Shown here: in pieces, positions 52,169 to 64,000 of the stretch
How positions within the stretch are numbered: the stretch's first letter is position 1
How the letters are laid out: each line of letters opens with the position of its first letter
NCBI GenBank assembly: GCA_964016885.1
Contig: OZ024741.1
Location: forward strand, 142,290,001 to 142,354,000
Reading direction: 5' to 3'
DNA: 64,000 bases
Source: Eledone cirrhosa
Lineage: Eukaryota
The notes under the pieces: generated by a model
What the model saw: the letters and a program-made list of their open reading frames with translations, nothing else
Told to the model about the DNA's origin: nothing
The model's database searches: none
Made by a program: the position numbers and the translations under genes

Positions 52169-55100
52169 TTTCTTTATTGGCCACAAGGGCTGACATCAAG
52201 AAAAACATCACAGACGGAACAGGACGGTACGATGTGGGTTTTGTGCGTGTAAATATTTTTATTATTTATATAAGAAAAGAAAAAAGACATAAAACATATA
52301 TATATAAACAATAAAACGAAAATTGAAACAATGAAAAATTCCCCAATAGGGGGGAAACCTCCGAGAGTTACGCGTGGCGAAAACCACACAAAAGACCACG
52401 GCCACCCTGACTACCAGGGCAAGCGCCCTCTCTCAATTTTTCCATCTCTCAAACTACAGACGTATATTCAGAGTGGTCCCGTTCACTCGGACCATTCTCG
52501 CTACATTCACCCACCTTTCAACAAACTTGCTAGAAAGCAACACTTGCCTCTCCACCCTGATTTTCCTCTTCAAGTGAAACTTGAAAAAGTTAATTAGGGA
52601 TTCGCCGAAGAGGAAAGTGTTTGTCTTTAACCCTTTTAACCTTGTCCACCACACAATCTCTTTCGCCATGGTCACCAGGCAGATGAAAACCGCCTGCCCT
52701 TCCCCCTCGAAGGAAGACGGCGAGACCATCTGCACAATGGACTCAGTCGACAACCGGATCAGTCCCACACGTGACAGCAACTGTTCGACATAGCTCCACA
52801 AGTCAGCAATGCTCGGGCACTGAACGAGTGCGTGCACAACGGTTTCGTCGCTATGCGCGCATCTCGGACAGGCTCTGCTGACGGCACTTCCGTGCCTCTA
52901 GAGCTTATCTCGAACCGGCAGCGCTCCCCGGTAGCACTGCCAGGCCAGGGATTTGGGGAATTTATCCAGAGGCCCTGGGCTGAAAGTTCTCCGGAAGAGA
53001 GCAAACAGCTGATCTTCTTCGACGCCCAGGATCTCTCCGAGAACGTCGTCGCTCTTCCCCTCCACTAGTCCTCTATAGAACGCCGAGGTGGATGTTCCAC
53101 CGATACTGGTGCCCAGCTGGCAGAGGGCAGTGAGCGCCTGGAGACATTCCAGTTTCCAAGCGCTATCCCTCGGTCTTTTTCTGACCCACGACTGCAACTC
53201 TGTCAAGGAGACGAGCTGTGGGAAAACGTGCCTGGCGAACGGCGACCACACCTGTTCACCGTCAAGGAAGCACCAGAGATGTCGCAGCCTCAGCGCATGT
53301 TTGCGCATCATCAGCCACGGCATGCCCAGTCCTCCACGCAACCGGTGTTGACAGCAGATGGATCGTCTGACCAAGGGAGCGCGTCCCTTCCACAAAAAGT
53401 GGAAGAGGAGGCGCTCCATTTTGGTGAGGGTTGGTCCGGAGCAAGGGACGACGGTGAGGCGGTAGCAGATGACGGATGCGATGTACGCATTTGCCACCTC
53501 CGCTCGGCCTTTCAGGGACATCTTCCTCTCGGCCCATTTCTGGGTGAGAGAGGCCACCTTGCTCGTCACCTCGTTCCAGTTTTTCTCCATCTGGAGGTCC
53601 GGTCCGAACCAGACCTCGAGCAATTTAACCGGTCTGTCCGTCCAATGCCCCACGACGCTGTCGGACGGCATGGACTTGCCTCTCCAGATGCCGAGCTGCA
53701 AGTCCACCGACTTTTCCTGGTTTATATTTGCTCCTGTCACCGCTTCGTATTCGTTGGGAGCGGTGCCGAGCATCTGGACGTGTCTGCTGCTCGACTTCAC
53801 CACAGTGATGTCGTCGGCGGAAGCCGACTCGGATTTCCCGCATCCTAGTTCGCGTGGGACGCCCCTCATCGCCCCCAGTTTGTGCAGTAATGGCTCGAGA
53901 GCCAATACGTACAAGAGGGACGAGAGGGGACAACCCTGGCGGACTGAGCGCATGATGCTGAACGGCTGCGACAGGTGACCGTTCACCCTCACAACTGAGC
54001 AGATGTCGCTGTACATCGCTGCGATCCAACCCCTGAAAACGGGCCCGAAACCGGCTGCCTCGAGGACCGCCGCCAGGTACCGATGGTCGACCCTATCGAA
54101 TGCTTTAGATTGTTCCAAGTTGATCAGGGCCCCACCCGTGCCAGGTTCCTTAACCACCCTCTCTATGATGTATCGCATGAGGTGGAGGTTGTCGTGCATG
54201 GATCTGTCCGGAATGGCGCATATCTGCGCTTCTCCCACCAGACCCTTGACGACAAGCGCCAACCTCGTTGCTAACACCATGGCTAAAATCTTGAACTCTG
54301 CGTTTAGCAGGGTTATGGGCCTTAAATTATCGATAACATCCCCCTTGTTCGGGTCTTTTCTCAGCAGCGCCACCGCTCCCCGGCTCACAAAACTGGGAAT
54401 GCTCCCGTTCTGCAGCCAGTTGCAGTAGACGTCTGCCAAGAGGTCACCGAACAAGTCTGGCATAAATGCATAAAACTCGTAGGGCAGACCATCCAAACCT
54501 GGCGATTTACCTCTAGTGCAGTTAGCCATCGCTTCCCGTATTTCACCGGCTGTTATTGGCTTTTCGCAACACTGTGCTGCGGTCGTCGAGAGCCGAGGGA
54601 GTCCGTCGAGGCATGCACTGAAGTCCATGCCCCGATACGGGCCGCCGCTGCTCCCGAACAGTTCAGCAAAGTGCTGCTGAAAAGCTTCACACATCTGCTC
54701 GGGTTCGAGCAACACGCACCCGTTTTGGTCAGACAAAGACCGAATTGTGGCTTTGTTGCATGTCGCGCCTCTGCCACCCGGGCCCATTGGACGGCTTTTG
54801 TCCCCTCGTGTTTCAGAGCACGCTCTCTAGCTCTGACAACGCAGCCTTCGTGTTTTGCGTTGAAGAATTGGTCGAGTGTCAATCTCGCCGCAAGCACGTC
54901 GGTTGCGATGCCTGTCCTAAACGCCTCTTCTAGCTTTCTGACTAGCTATCCCTCTACTCTATTTTCCTCTATCACTAGTCCTTTGCTAAACCTAATCGAC
55001 TCTACTTTAATTGCCCTTTTCAGGGCGAACCACCACCTGTTGTTGACGACCGCTCCCGCCAGCGCCCGCTTAACTAATACGCCAATCCGGTCTCTGTAGG

Positions 55101-56090
55101 CTTTGCGCGCCGGGAAAGACGCGTTCAGCTTCCAGTAACCGGGCCCTTGCCTATTAAGTCTGTCTATGTCGATCTCACAGATCACAAATTTGTGGTCTGT
55201 GTAGTCAACTATTTTAAATTGTGGACAACTTATACTAGCCTTATCTAGTTCTCTACAGAATACCCTATCGAGATACGATCTGGATGACCCGATGCGGTTT
55301 GTCCATGTCCACATTGGCACATTCGGGTGATCCAGTCGATACCTGTCAGACAGTTCAAAACGTCTGAGCAGATTGGTGAGGCTCTTGCACCCTCCTCCTC
55401 TATCCACTAGCCCCACACAATCCAAGCGTGCATCCAAGATACCGTTCCAGTCGCCCACTAACACTAAAGAGCGGGACGTTCCAAGAAAGGTCTCTAGACG
55501 TGTGAAGAAATCTGGCCGTCCTGCCCCTGTTGGGGCGTAGACGGCTACTAGCCTGAAAGCATTGCTTTCGCTGCCGGTCACGTCCAGCACCACCTACTTA
55601 CCTTCTGGGTCTAGGAAGATGGCCCGTATGGCGAGATCCAAGCCTCTCCGAAAAAGGACGGCAACCCCTCCCCCCGATCCTGGACGGCTGGGAGATGCGT
55701 ATACATCGTAGCCGCCGAAGATCGGTGCGAAGGCTTGTGCTTCGGAGATTCTGGTCTCGCTGATGGCCACCGCATCTATGTTTAATGACCTGAGGTCGTT
55801 GAGCAGGTGACCCTGCTTCCAAGATGACCCCCAGGCCACGTGCATTTATACTGCCTATTCTGAGTACGGCCATGTTGGATGAGAAACGGGGCAAGTGAGA
55901 AAGGGTACCCTACCTTGATCGTGTGGTGAAGGGACAGTAGAACCGTCCCTTTGGCTGGTCATGGGTGTTTCCAAGAGGATGTCAGTGTATATCCTCTTGG
56001 TAACCGACGCTCTAAAGTTTCCAACTGCGTTGGGGAATTTTTGTTTTAAAGGTTTGTACTGTTCTATTGAGATTTCAATGATGCTTATGT
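52167..56090 (-). mobile_element. Second Tx1-clade element, 5'-truncated (ORF2 ~55873-52454 with several frameshifts and stops)
   Basis: Colinear with and clearly homologous to 38148-42000; YADD degenerated to SADD; 3' end abuts (AAT)n. Confidence 0.92.
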
Positions 56091-56741
56091 TTGTATATAT
56101 ATATATATATATATATAAATCAGGAAAGAAGAGTGACACGGTTTGCTATACAAAAAAGGTTTTTAATCTCATTGCTGACAATTGTTTCTTTGAACTGGTA
56201 GGTCTAGAGATCGCTACCCGCTTGTTTTCACGTTATTCGATCACCAATACCAAGTTGTAACCAGTCAATTCATCGGAGCTTGTGAGAATGAAGGAATATA
56301 CAGGCATGGCTACTATATATAGTAGTAATGGCATTCAATCAGAACAATAACAACAATACTAACAATGCTAGCAATAAATTATTTGAAATAATCACAACAT
56401 CAATCTAGGTGGGAAATATAGTATATCTACGATTTTAGCGTGTAAAACTAGCTGACATGAGGCAGATGTATAAAATTGACATGTAAAAGCTGTCATGGGG
56501 TGTATTATATATAGTGTAAAGATAAGCCGTGGCTTTAAACAATGTAGGCCTGGTGGCCGTAAGAATCATTTATTATCTGACAGATGAAAAATTTATCACT
56601 GTAGTGAGGATAGTAATATTTGTGTGGTCTATATTAGATGAAAGGGTTGTCTAGCTTTCTCATCATCAATAACATACATGTATAAGACAACATTAACAGA
56701 GTAGCAATATAATAGGCAAGTTAATACAGAGGTTAAGGAGG

Positions 56742-56807
<66 letters not shown>

Positions 56808-56812
<5 letters not shown>

Positions 56813-56937
56813 AGAAAAACCACAGACCCTCCATCTCAACTCAGAAGAACTGCGAAACCGGTAAAGGAACCAAATAAATATATATATATTTTTTTTTAAA
56901 TAAGACTCCAGTTGCATTTTCGATTTCATCTCTTTTT

Positions 56938-56940
<3 letters not shown>
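56808..56940 (-). repeat. Dispersed repeat end homologous to 2205-2340 and 21285-21420, between (TA)n tracts
   Basis: Reverse complement 'atgaaatcgaaaatgcaactgg...tttggttcctttaccggtttcgcagttct'. Confidence 0.7.
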
Positions 56941-56991
<51 letters not shown>

Positions 56992-57409
56992 AGAAAACAT
57001 GCTGGCTACAATTATAACAGGAGGAAGGTAAAGTTCTGCTGTAGTAGTATTTTGAAATGTTATTGGATTTAGGTTCATTTGTTGAGAATCAAGGGTGAGG
57101 AAGAGAATCAAAGCTGAGAAGAGATATATTTATGGGTTGATAAGGTACTTACAGACATTAGTGTGGTATAGAACTAAGAAGGCTAGAATGTACTTAATGA
57201 TTATATTTCTGTGGTGGTTCGTGCAGTATAGTGGGTATCCTAAGCTGAAAGCTAAGTTACGTCGGTTCGATTCACGGAGGCTTAAACCTTGTGAATTTAG
57301 TGGCGATCCTGTGTCTGCAGAAGATTGATCTTTCTAACTTGTTGTTGAGTAGCCTTTTTACATTTCTAAGGATATATAGTAATTCTAGATCACAGAGCCT
57401 ATAGTGGGA

Positions 57410-57837
57410 CTATGCTAGCAAATATATAGGTTTAGTCTTAGTAACTTTGTAGTTCAATGCAAGGGGATGCAGAACAATTATATGAAAGACGTAAAATAAG
57501 AGAATTATGAGAATTGAGGAACTCATATAAAAATAATTCAATGGATGGAAAAAAGCGAGCGGGTACTAAATTCCAGGATTATATGAGTTCCTTGTGTCCA
57601 CGCATTGCCTAGGAACTTAGCTGAGAATAGACTCCCTGATGACGTAAGGTTTCTCTATGATTACGTTACGTAACCATATTTATTCCCTTACAGAAACTAA
57701 TTAGTTGGAGTGAAATTTTAGTAATTAAGTCAATTTTCATAATTCTCTTATTTTACGTCTTTCATATAATTGTTCTGCATCCTCTTGCATTGAACTACAA
57801 AGTTACTAAGACTAAACCTATATATTTGCTAGCATAG
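57410..57837. repeat. 101-bp near-perfect inverted repeat (57410-57510 and 57737-57837) enclosing a hammerhead
   Basis: 'ctatgctagcaaatatataggtttagtc...gagaattatga' vs its reverse complement; one mismatch seen. Confidence 0.9.
57631..57711 (+). ncRNA. Type I hammerhead ribozyme with long loop II
   Basis: ACTCC-CTGATGA-c GTAAGG[...]CCTTAC a-GAAA-CTAATTAG-TT^GGAGT; palindromic stem III ACTAATTAGT. Confidence 0.78.
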
Positions 57838-57916
57838 GTATGCATCTGGATACATATGTTGGTAGATATACTAATTCTTTATAATTATCTCCAAATTATT
57901 TGTTGAGTAAAAATTT

Positions 57917-58067
57917 GCCGATTAACTCACTCGATATGCAAATTAGGCTGCTCAGCCGTTAATATGCATAAGGAAAGTATATACTTTCAGACGTTCAACC
58001 ATCTGGCAGGAAGGTATACGTTGCTGACGATAGCTAATAAGCTTGAAACTAGTACAGCGTTCCTTTG
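57917..58067 (+). ncRNA. Solo diverged fragment of the 422-bp unit with intact hammerhead (58011-58065)
   Basis: aaggtatacgttgCTGACGAtagctaataagcttGAAActagta^cagcgttcctt; the only ribozyme change is in loop II. Confidence 0.85.
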
Positions 58068-58926
58068 TATCCTATGAAAATGATAAAATATTTACAGAAC
58101 TTCAGTATATACAATGTTTTTAGTGTCAATAGATTTATAGGTCTGGCTACCTCCAGGTATCATGTGTGAACGATTTTATTGATGGCATTCACTGTGATGT
58201 TTTGGAGGACAAGGATTGCTCTTTCACACAGCCACTCCTCACTGGAATGGTGGATTTATAAATTAGGAAACAATTAATTAAGCTTACAACGCTTTCCACA
58301 ACATGACAAAATGACGAAGAATCAAACATCATACAGTATCAAGGGAGTGCTTTTCTATAAATTTAAACGGCTGAGAAGTGCTTCTCTGTGAATCTGAGTA
58401 TCCCCCTCCCTTCCTGCTTCTGTTATTCGAACTGAAGCAATCTCCACAGCTGGGGAAATCTGAAAGTTCTCCCTCTCGCACCTCCCCCCATTCTGTTTTC
58501 GGAAAAGAAGGCGATTGCAAGCATGATGGAGGACGGATTAGTTGAAAACGCGAAAAAACCCAGGCGAAAAATTTCTTCGCGATCCCCATATATTGAATGC
58601 GCATGGTTTAGTGGTTAGAGTGTTGAGCTTGCAATTGAGAGGCTGTGAGTTCGATTCTCGGTTCGGGTGATACGTTATTCCCTGAGCAAGACACTTTATT
58701 TCACGTTCACTCAGTTCACTCAGCTGTAGAAATAAATTGCGACCTCACTTGTCCCACACTGTATCGGCCATTGCCTTTTCCTTGGACAACATCGGCGGCG
58801 TGGAGAGGGGAGACTGGTATGCATGGGCGACTGCTGATCTTCCACAAACAAACCTTGCCCAGTCTGTGCCTCGGAGGGAAAATTTCTGGGTGCAAACCAT
58901 GGTCATTAGTTATGGAGGCCTAAAGA

Positions 58927-58958
<32 letters not shown>

Positions 58959-59516
58959 TCTTTTTTAAGTGGGGAAAGGCTTTGCATGGAGCCAATCCCA
59001 TCCTCTGAACATCGAATTCATTTACCAAAAAGGAAGAACTGATCTACATCACTGGATGCAATCGAAATCACAGGTTTTATATCATAGTGACATTCTAGAA
59101 AGATGTCATAATGAAGACAAGGAGTCTCTTGCTCCACAAAAGAAATATCTATCTATCTATATGCTTCTAAAACTCTGATTATGTACTTATTATGTGATTA
59201 TTTTTATGTGAACATGATTTTTTTGATTTTTATTTTAAGTGAACATGACCCAACGGGTCTAGTATACTACTAAAACTCTGTGATTGTGTGCTTGTCTGTA
59301 ATTGAATACAGCCAAAACGGCACATAATGGGAAAATACTTTGAAAGAAAGTTGCCCCTGAAAGCGGAATACAAGTGGAATAAAACAAGTTTCGCGTAAAT
59401 CGGAGCACGGGTTCCCGAGATACAGGGATTTTTCCGGGTACCTTCATAAATAGAGAGAAAGGAAGATAGAGATAAAAAGATAGTGGTTGTAAGAGAGTAG
59501 ATTGAGAGAGAGAGAG

Positions 59517-59605
<89 letters not shown>

Positions 59606-59804
59606 AAAATGGAAGAGAGGGCTGGTTGTGTTGTTGAATGAAATTATAACAAGTGACTTCAAAGAATCGAATACAGCATTGCTGTATTTAGCTCGAATTT
59701 GATGACTGAATATTAAGTCATATGTATCATATAAATTCTGTTAGAACAGGATGTGTGTGAATAGGAACGGTTTCTAAGTGTGTGTGTTATATGTGTGTGT
59801 ATTT

Positions 59805-59862
<58 letters not shown>

Positions 59863-59908
59863 ACCTGTGTATATAGGTCACAGACACACATGTATATATA
59901 TACACATG

Positions 59909-59944
<36 letters not shown>

Positions 59945-60134
59945 TATGGGCCTTGCAATTCTATTTTACATTACATACATGTCTGTGTATATTTTAATTA
60001 TTTAAAAATCATTTTTAAGTGAACATGATTTTTAAAAAATATTTTTAAGTGAATGTGACCCAACGTTACGGATGGTGTAGTATATATATAAGGTTGTTTA
60101 AATGTAAAAAAATAAAAAAAATAAATAAAAAACT

Positions 60135-60168
60135 TGCCTGACAACCTCCGCATATCTTCCTACTTGTG
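60135..60168 (-). pseudogene. tRNA-Ile(UAU) remnant at the position homologous to 16750
   Basis: 'tgcctg acaacctccgcatatct'. Confidence 0.5.
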
Positions 60169-60361
60169 TGAATAGGAAGGATTTCTAAGTGTGTGTGTGT
60201 GTGTGTGTGTATTCATATATATATATATATGTCTGTGTGTGTGTGTGTGTGACCAGTGGATATATGTCACAGACACCCACAAGCATATATACACACACAT
60301 GTATATATATATGTATATATATATATATATGTGTGTGTGTGGGTGGGTGGGTGTATATAGA

Positions 60362-62158
60362 AGTTAAAAACAAAAGACAAAAACAATAACGAAGAGTGCA
60401 GTACAAACAGTGTTGGTATTAGGTTCACGCTTGATAGTGGGGGTGGGGGACGGCGTTTCGGGCATAAGTCCTTCATCAGGAGAAAAGTGGGAAGGAAAAG
60501 AGTGCCGAGGGTGTGAGGGGGAGTGGTGGAAAGACATTAAAAGGGGGAACAAATTGAAGGGAAGGAAAAAAAATTGAAATGAAGGTAAAAAAATTAAAAT
60601 TGAAACAAGTAGTGAAAGGGTGTGAGGCGTGTAGAGGTGATGGTGGTGGTTGATGGAGGGGGAGAGGGGAGATGGAAACAGGGGTCTGAGCGGGGAGGCC
60701 GGAAGGTGGTGTGTGAATGTGTGGATGTGAGTGTGAGAGTTTGGGGAAGAACGAGGTTCTATGTTCGGGTAATAGGAAAACCAGTGTGTACATGAGGTGG
60801 GGTGTAAGTCAGTGTGTGTGTGTGCGTGTAGATGGAGAGGGGTTGGAGTGGGGCGAGGGGGCGTGCGGAGTCCGGAGACCGAGTATGTGTATGTGAGGAT
60901 ACGCACGTGTGTGTGTGTGTGTGTTTGTGTGGTGTGGATACGTGTGAACGTATGGTTGCGTGTGTGCGAAAATAGTGTTAGTGTTTGTGTGTGTTCCTGA
61001 ATGTTTTCCCGGTGAGTGTATGGACAGATGGTGAAAAGATCCGAGTATAAAATGGTGGGGGTTGTTAGTATTATTAGTTGTGGGGTGGGCCAAGGGGTTG
61101 GGGATGGATGGAAATCCAGGGGATGGTGAATGTTGGGAGTGTTTTAGTGGTGTTAGTAGGGTGTGTGTGTAGGGGGGTGGAGGGGACAGTCGAAGGCTAA
61201 AGGAAGAGAGGTGGGGAGTTCAGGCTGAAGGGTGTGTGGATCTGTAGGGTGGAGATGGTGTGTTGTTCGGCCCTAAGGCGGGTTGCGGGAGTCCCAAGGC
61301 ATTCGATCAGGCCACAGACGGTGAGGTTGTTGGCGGAGTGTCCAAGGGAACCAAAGTGGCGGGCGATGGGGGAGCTCCCACCGAGACGAATATCTCGGAT
61401 GTGCTCCGTGAACCGATCCGCCAGGCGACGTCCGGTCTGTCCGACATAGACGAGGTTGGAGGAGGTGTAGCAGAAGGCATGCCGGACAGAGAGAGAGTGG
61501 CCGTTGGGACCCTGGAAGGTGGTGGTGTTTGTAATGTGTGGAAGCGGGGATTGGAGCAGGGAAGGGAACCGGAGGGGGGTAGAGAGCTGCGGACCAGGAG
61601 GTTGCGGAGGTTGCGCACGCGTTTGAAGGAGGGGGTGGTGGGGTGGGAAGATGGGGGAGATGGCGGGGTCGGACTGGAGGCGTTGGAAGAGGTGGAGGAT
61701 GGTGCGGTGGAGGGGTAGGGTGGAGGGTGGTAGGTGAGGGGGAAAGGGAGACGGTGGGTGGGTGGTGAGGCGGAGTGAATGTGTGGGCGGTGGAGCGGCG
61801 GACTGCGCGGGCGCGAATCAGGACGGCGTGGACGAGGGAGGGGGTAGGGTGGGGGTAATCTCTTCGGATGAAATGGTTGACCAGAGACGGCGGTTCCGGA
61901 GGAGTTGGGAGTTGGGAATGGAGTGTTTGGTGTGTGTAGGGTGGGAGGAGGTGAAGTCGAGGTAGGAGTGGGAGGAGGTGGGTTTGAAGAAGACGGAGGT
62001 CACGAGGGAGTGGTGGGAGGGGTCGATGGCGACGGAGATGTCCAAGAAGTGGACGTGAGTGGTGGAGATAGAGGTGGTGGAGTGGAGGGAGGGGTGGAAG
62101 AAGCAGAAGAAGGAGAGAAAGGAGTCGAGCTGTTCTCGGGTGAGGGTCGTGGCTCCGA

Positions 62159-62160
<2 letters not shown>
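60362..62160 (-). mobile_element. Penelope-like element 3' half (RT thumb plus GIY-YIG, frameshifted) with hammerhead-like core in its 3' UTR (60449-60485)
   Basis: HFLDISV...TSVFFKPTSSHSYLDFTSSHP.HTK.SIP.SQLLR.RR; LVYVGQTGRRLADRFTEHIRDI...PIARHF; CTGATGA aggac ttat gccc GAAAC. Confidence 0.88.
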
Positions 62161-62204
<44 letters not shown>

Positions 62205-62244
62205 TACAAATATTAATAAAATAGATGTTCTTTTGATCAATTAA

Positions 62245-62297
62245 ATTTTATTATACATATTTCAGAGGTACAACAGTACGTCCTCATCAGACAAAAT
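62245..62297 (-). ncRNA. Minimal type I hammerhead ribozyme (AT-rich family)
   Basis: ATTTTGT-CTGATGA-GGAcGTAC tgtt GTACcTCT-GAA-ATA tg TAT-A^ATAAAAT. The downstream flank resembles ~37505-37550 in the opposite orientation. Confidence 0.65.
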
Positions 62298-64000
62298 ATA
62301 ATGATACATGACATACCCTGAGATGTTAAATAGTTAAGATTTAATCAAGGTAGTGATTAACCTAAGAGAAAGTTTAACATTTATACCCTAATAATGAGAA
62401 AATGCGAAAACGTAATAAATTCAATAGAGAATGTGTGAGTAAGAATAACGTTGGTTAATGTGACAGTTATAGAGATTTTAAAATGTAGGATACTACACGT
62501 TATGGTTATCTAGGAAAACATCTCATGAATTATAACAGTCCATGAGGGCCGCTGAAAGATGATTTAAAGAGAGGAAAAAAGTTAGGGGAGTAATATATGC
62601 AGAAAGAGATTTTTTTCCCCCAAAAGCTAAACGGTTAAGTTTCAAAATATTTAATTTATGTTATTTTAAGGGTGAAGATTCAAGATTTTAGGGGTTTTTT
62701 TAAGTTGCTGGTTATTTATATTTGTTAATTTTATAAATTCTATAAGTGTGTTAACATTTCTAAACTTCTGAATTTTATGAGGATAAAATTTAAAGGATTT
62801 ACCTGGCCAGCGAAAGGAAAATTTACACTATTGAATATTTACCTAAATGTAATCTTTAACGAAGATTACCTATTAAAATGTCAACATTTTCGGTATGTAA
62901 AGCTTATGAAGTACTTATTGTTAGAAATATTTAAATAACGATTAGGTATATAGAGATATATTAATGAGCCAGTATATTTTAGGTAAATGATAACGAATAT
63001 AAAATAATAGATTCAAACATGCTAAAGTTAAATAGATACATATATATAAAAGGGTGTAAAGGCATGAATTATTCACAGTTCAAAATAAAATAAATAATAA
63101 TCTAAAAATTTAAAAGTTATCTAAAAATTAGGTATAGAGAGATACAGAGAGATATATATAGATATATTAAGTATTAGTGATACAGTATACTTTAGGTAAA
63201 TGATAACGATTATAATCTTATATAATAGATTTCAACGTGTTACAGTTAAATACATACATATATATAAAAAAATAATAATAAATGCATGGATAATTTAGAG
63301 TTCAAAATAGGTCCGTAATAATTTACAGGTTGGATATTTGTTCTATATTTGAATCATGGATAGAAAAATAAGGTAGGTATATTTAAAAACTTACAAGGGA
63401 TAAGTACATATATATATATATACAAGTGGAAGCTTAGTAAAATCGAAGCTTTGGCTGTCGGCAAGCAAAGTCGACCTACAATAGGAATGAGTTTGCAAAT
63501 CACTCAATGAGGGTAGGTCCTTAGAGTAATAACATACGTTTAAATAGCTTGACAAATTGAACATTGCGGTAGGCAAAACCCAACCACACAATACCAAAGT
63601 AACGAAAGAACTAACAGGTTAAAAGATACACCTGGACAAACCAAACGATATACGTCTAAAGTGTTTCTATGAATCCGAAATCATTTATCCCATATATAAC
63701 ATAAAATACCCATCTAAACCTATATAGTATTAATACATCTTAATAAATTTTTAAATACTTCTTTTTGTAATATATATTAATTAAATTTTAATTAAATTCT
63801 AATTAAATTTTAATTAAATTTTAATTAAATTTCTGGTTAAATTTTTAACTAAATTATAACAATATTCTTTTGTAAAGATTTTTTTATCATTAATTTAATT
63901 TTTTAACTTTACCTTTATTATTACCTTTATAATTGTTTCTACTTTAGGCACAAGGCCAGCAATTACTCAGTGCATTACTGGTACTTTACCTTTATAAATA

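Noticed and set aside
38347-55099. Numerous overlapping antisense or alternative-frame ORFs
   Set aside because: Shadows of the GC-rich Tx1 and Dong ORFs.
56980-57400. Mitochondrial insertion (NUMT) or GIY-YIG remnant
   Set aside because: AT-rich, but no mitochondrial gene or nuclease motif could be read in any frame.
60449-60485. Functional hammerhead in the 3' Penelope element
   Set aside because: Core and stem II are present but there is no stem I complement after GUC; recorded only as hammerhead-like.

Overview
Eukaryotic (animal) repeat-rich DNA, most likely an octopus or other coleoid cephalopod. This is inferred from the SINE families, LINE spectrum and extreme microsatellite load. 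No intact host protein-coding gene is visible. The window is a diverged tandem segmental duplication: copy A is 1-~19047 and copy B is ~19048-~60170. It carries a cluster of about 15 intron-containing tRNA-Ile(UAU) genes, pseudogenes and fragments. Copy B contains two large blocks absent from copy A. The first is a 10 x 422-bp, apparently identical tandem array (24559-28757) in which every unit encodes a minimal type I hammerhead ribozyme on the minus strand, i.e. a candidate non-LTR retrozyme / circular-RNA source. The second is a ~20-kb nest of Tx1-clade and R4/Dong-clade non-LTR retrotransposons at (AAT)n tracts. Reading by eye also gives four more unrelated hammerhead families (4798/23928, 14498/38003, 57631, 62245) plus a degenerate core at 60449. 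Other content includes Penelope, CRE, RTE and Gypsy fragments, SINEs, G-rich minisatellites and foldbacks. All structures were folded by hand; element boundaries are approximate.
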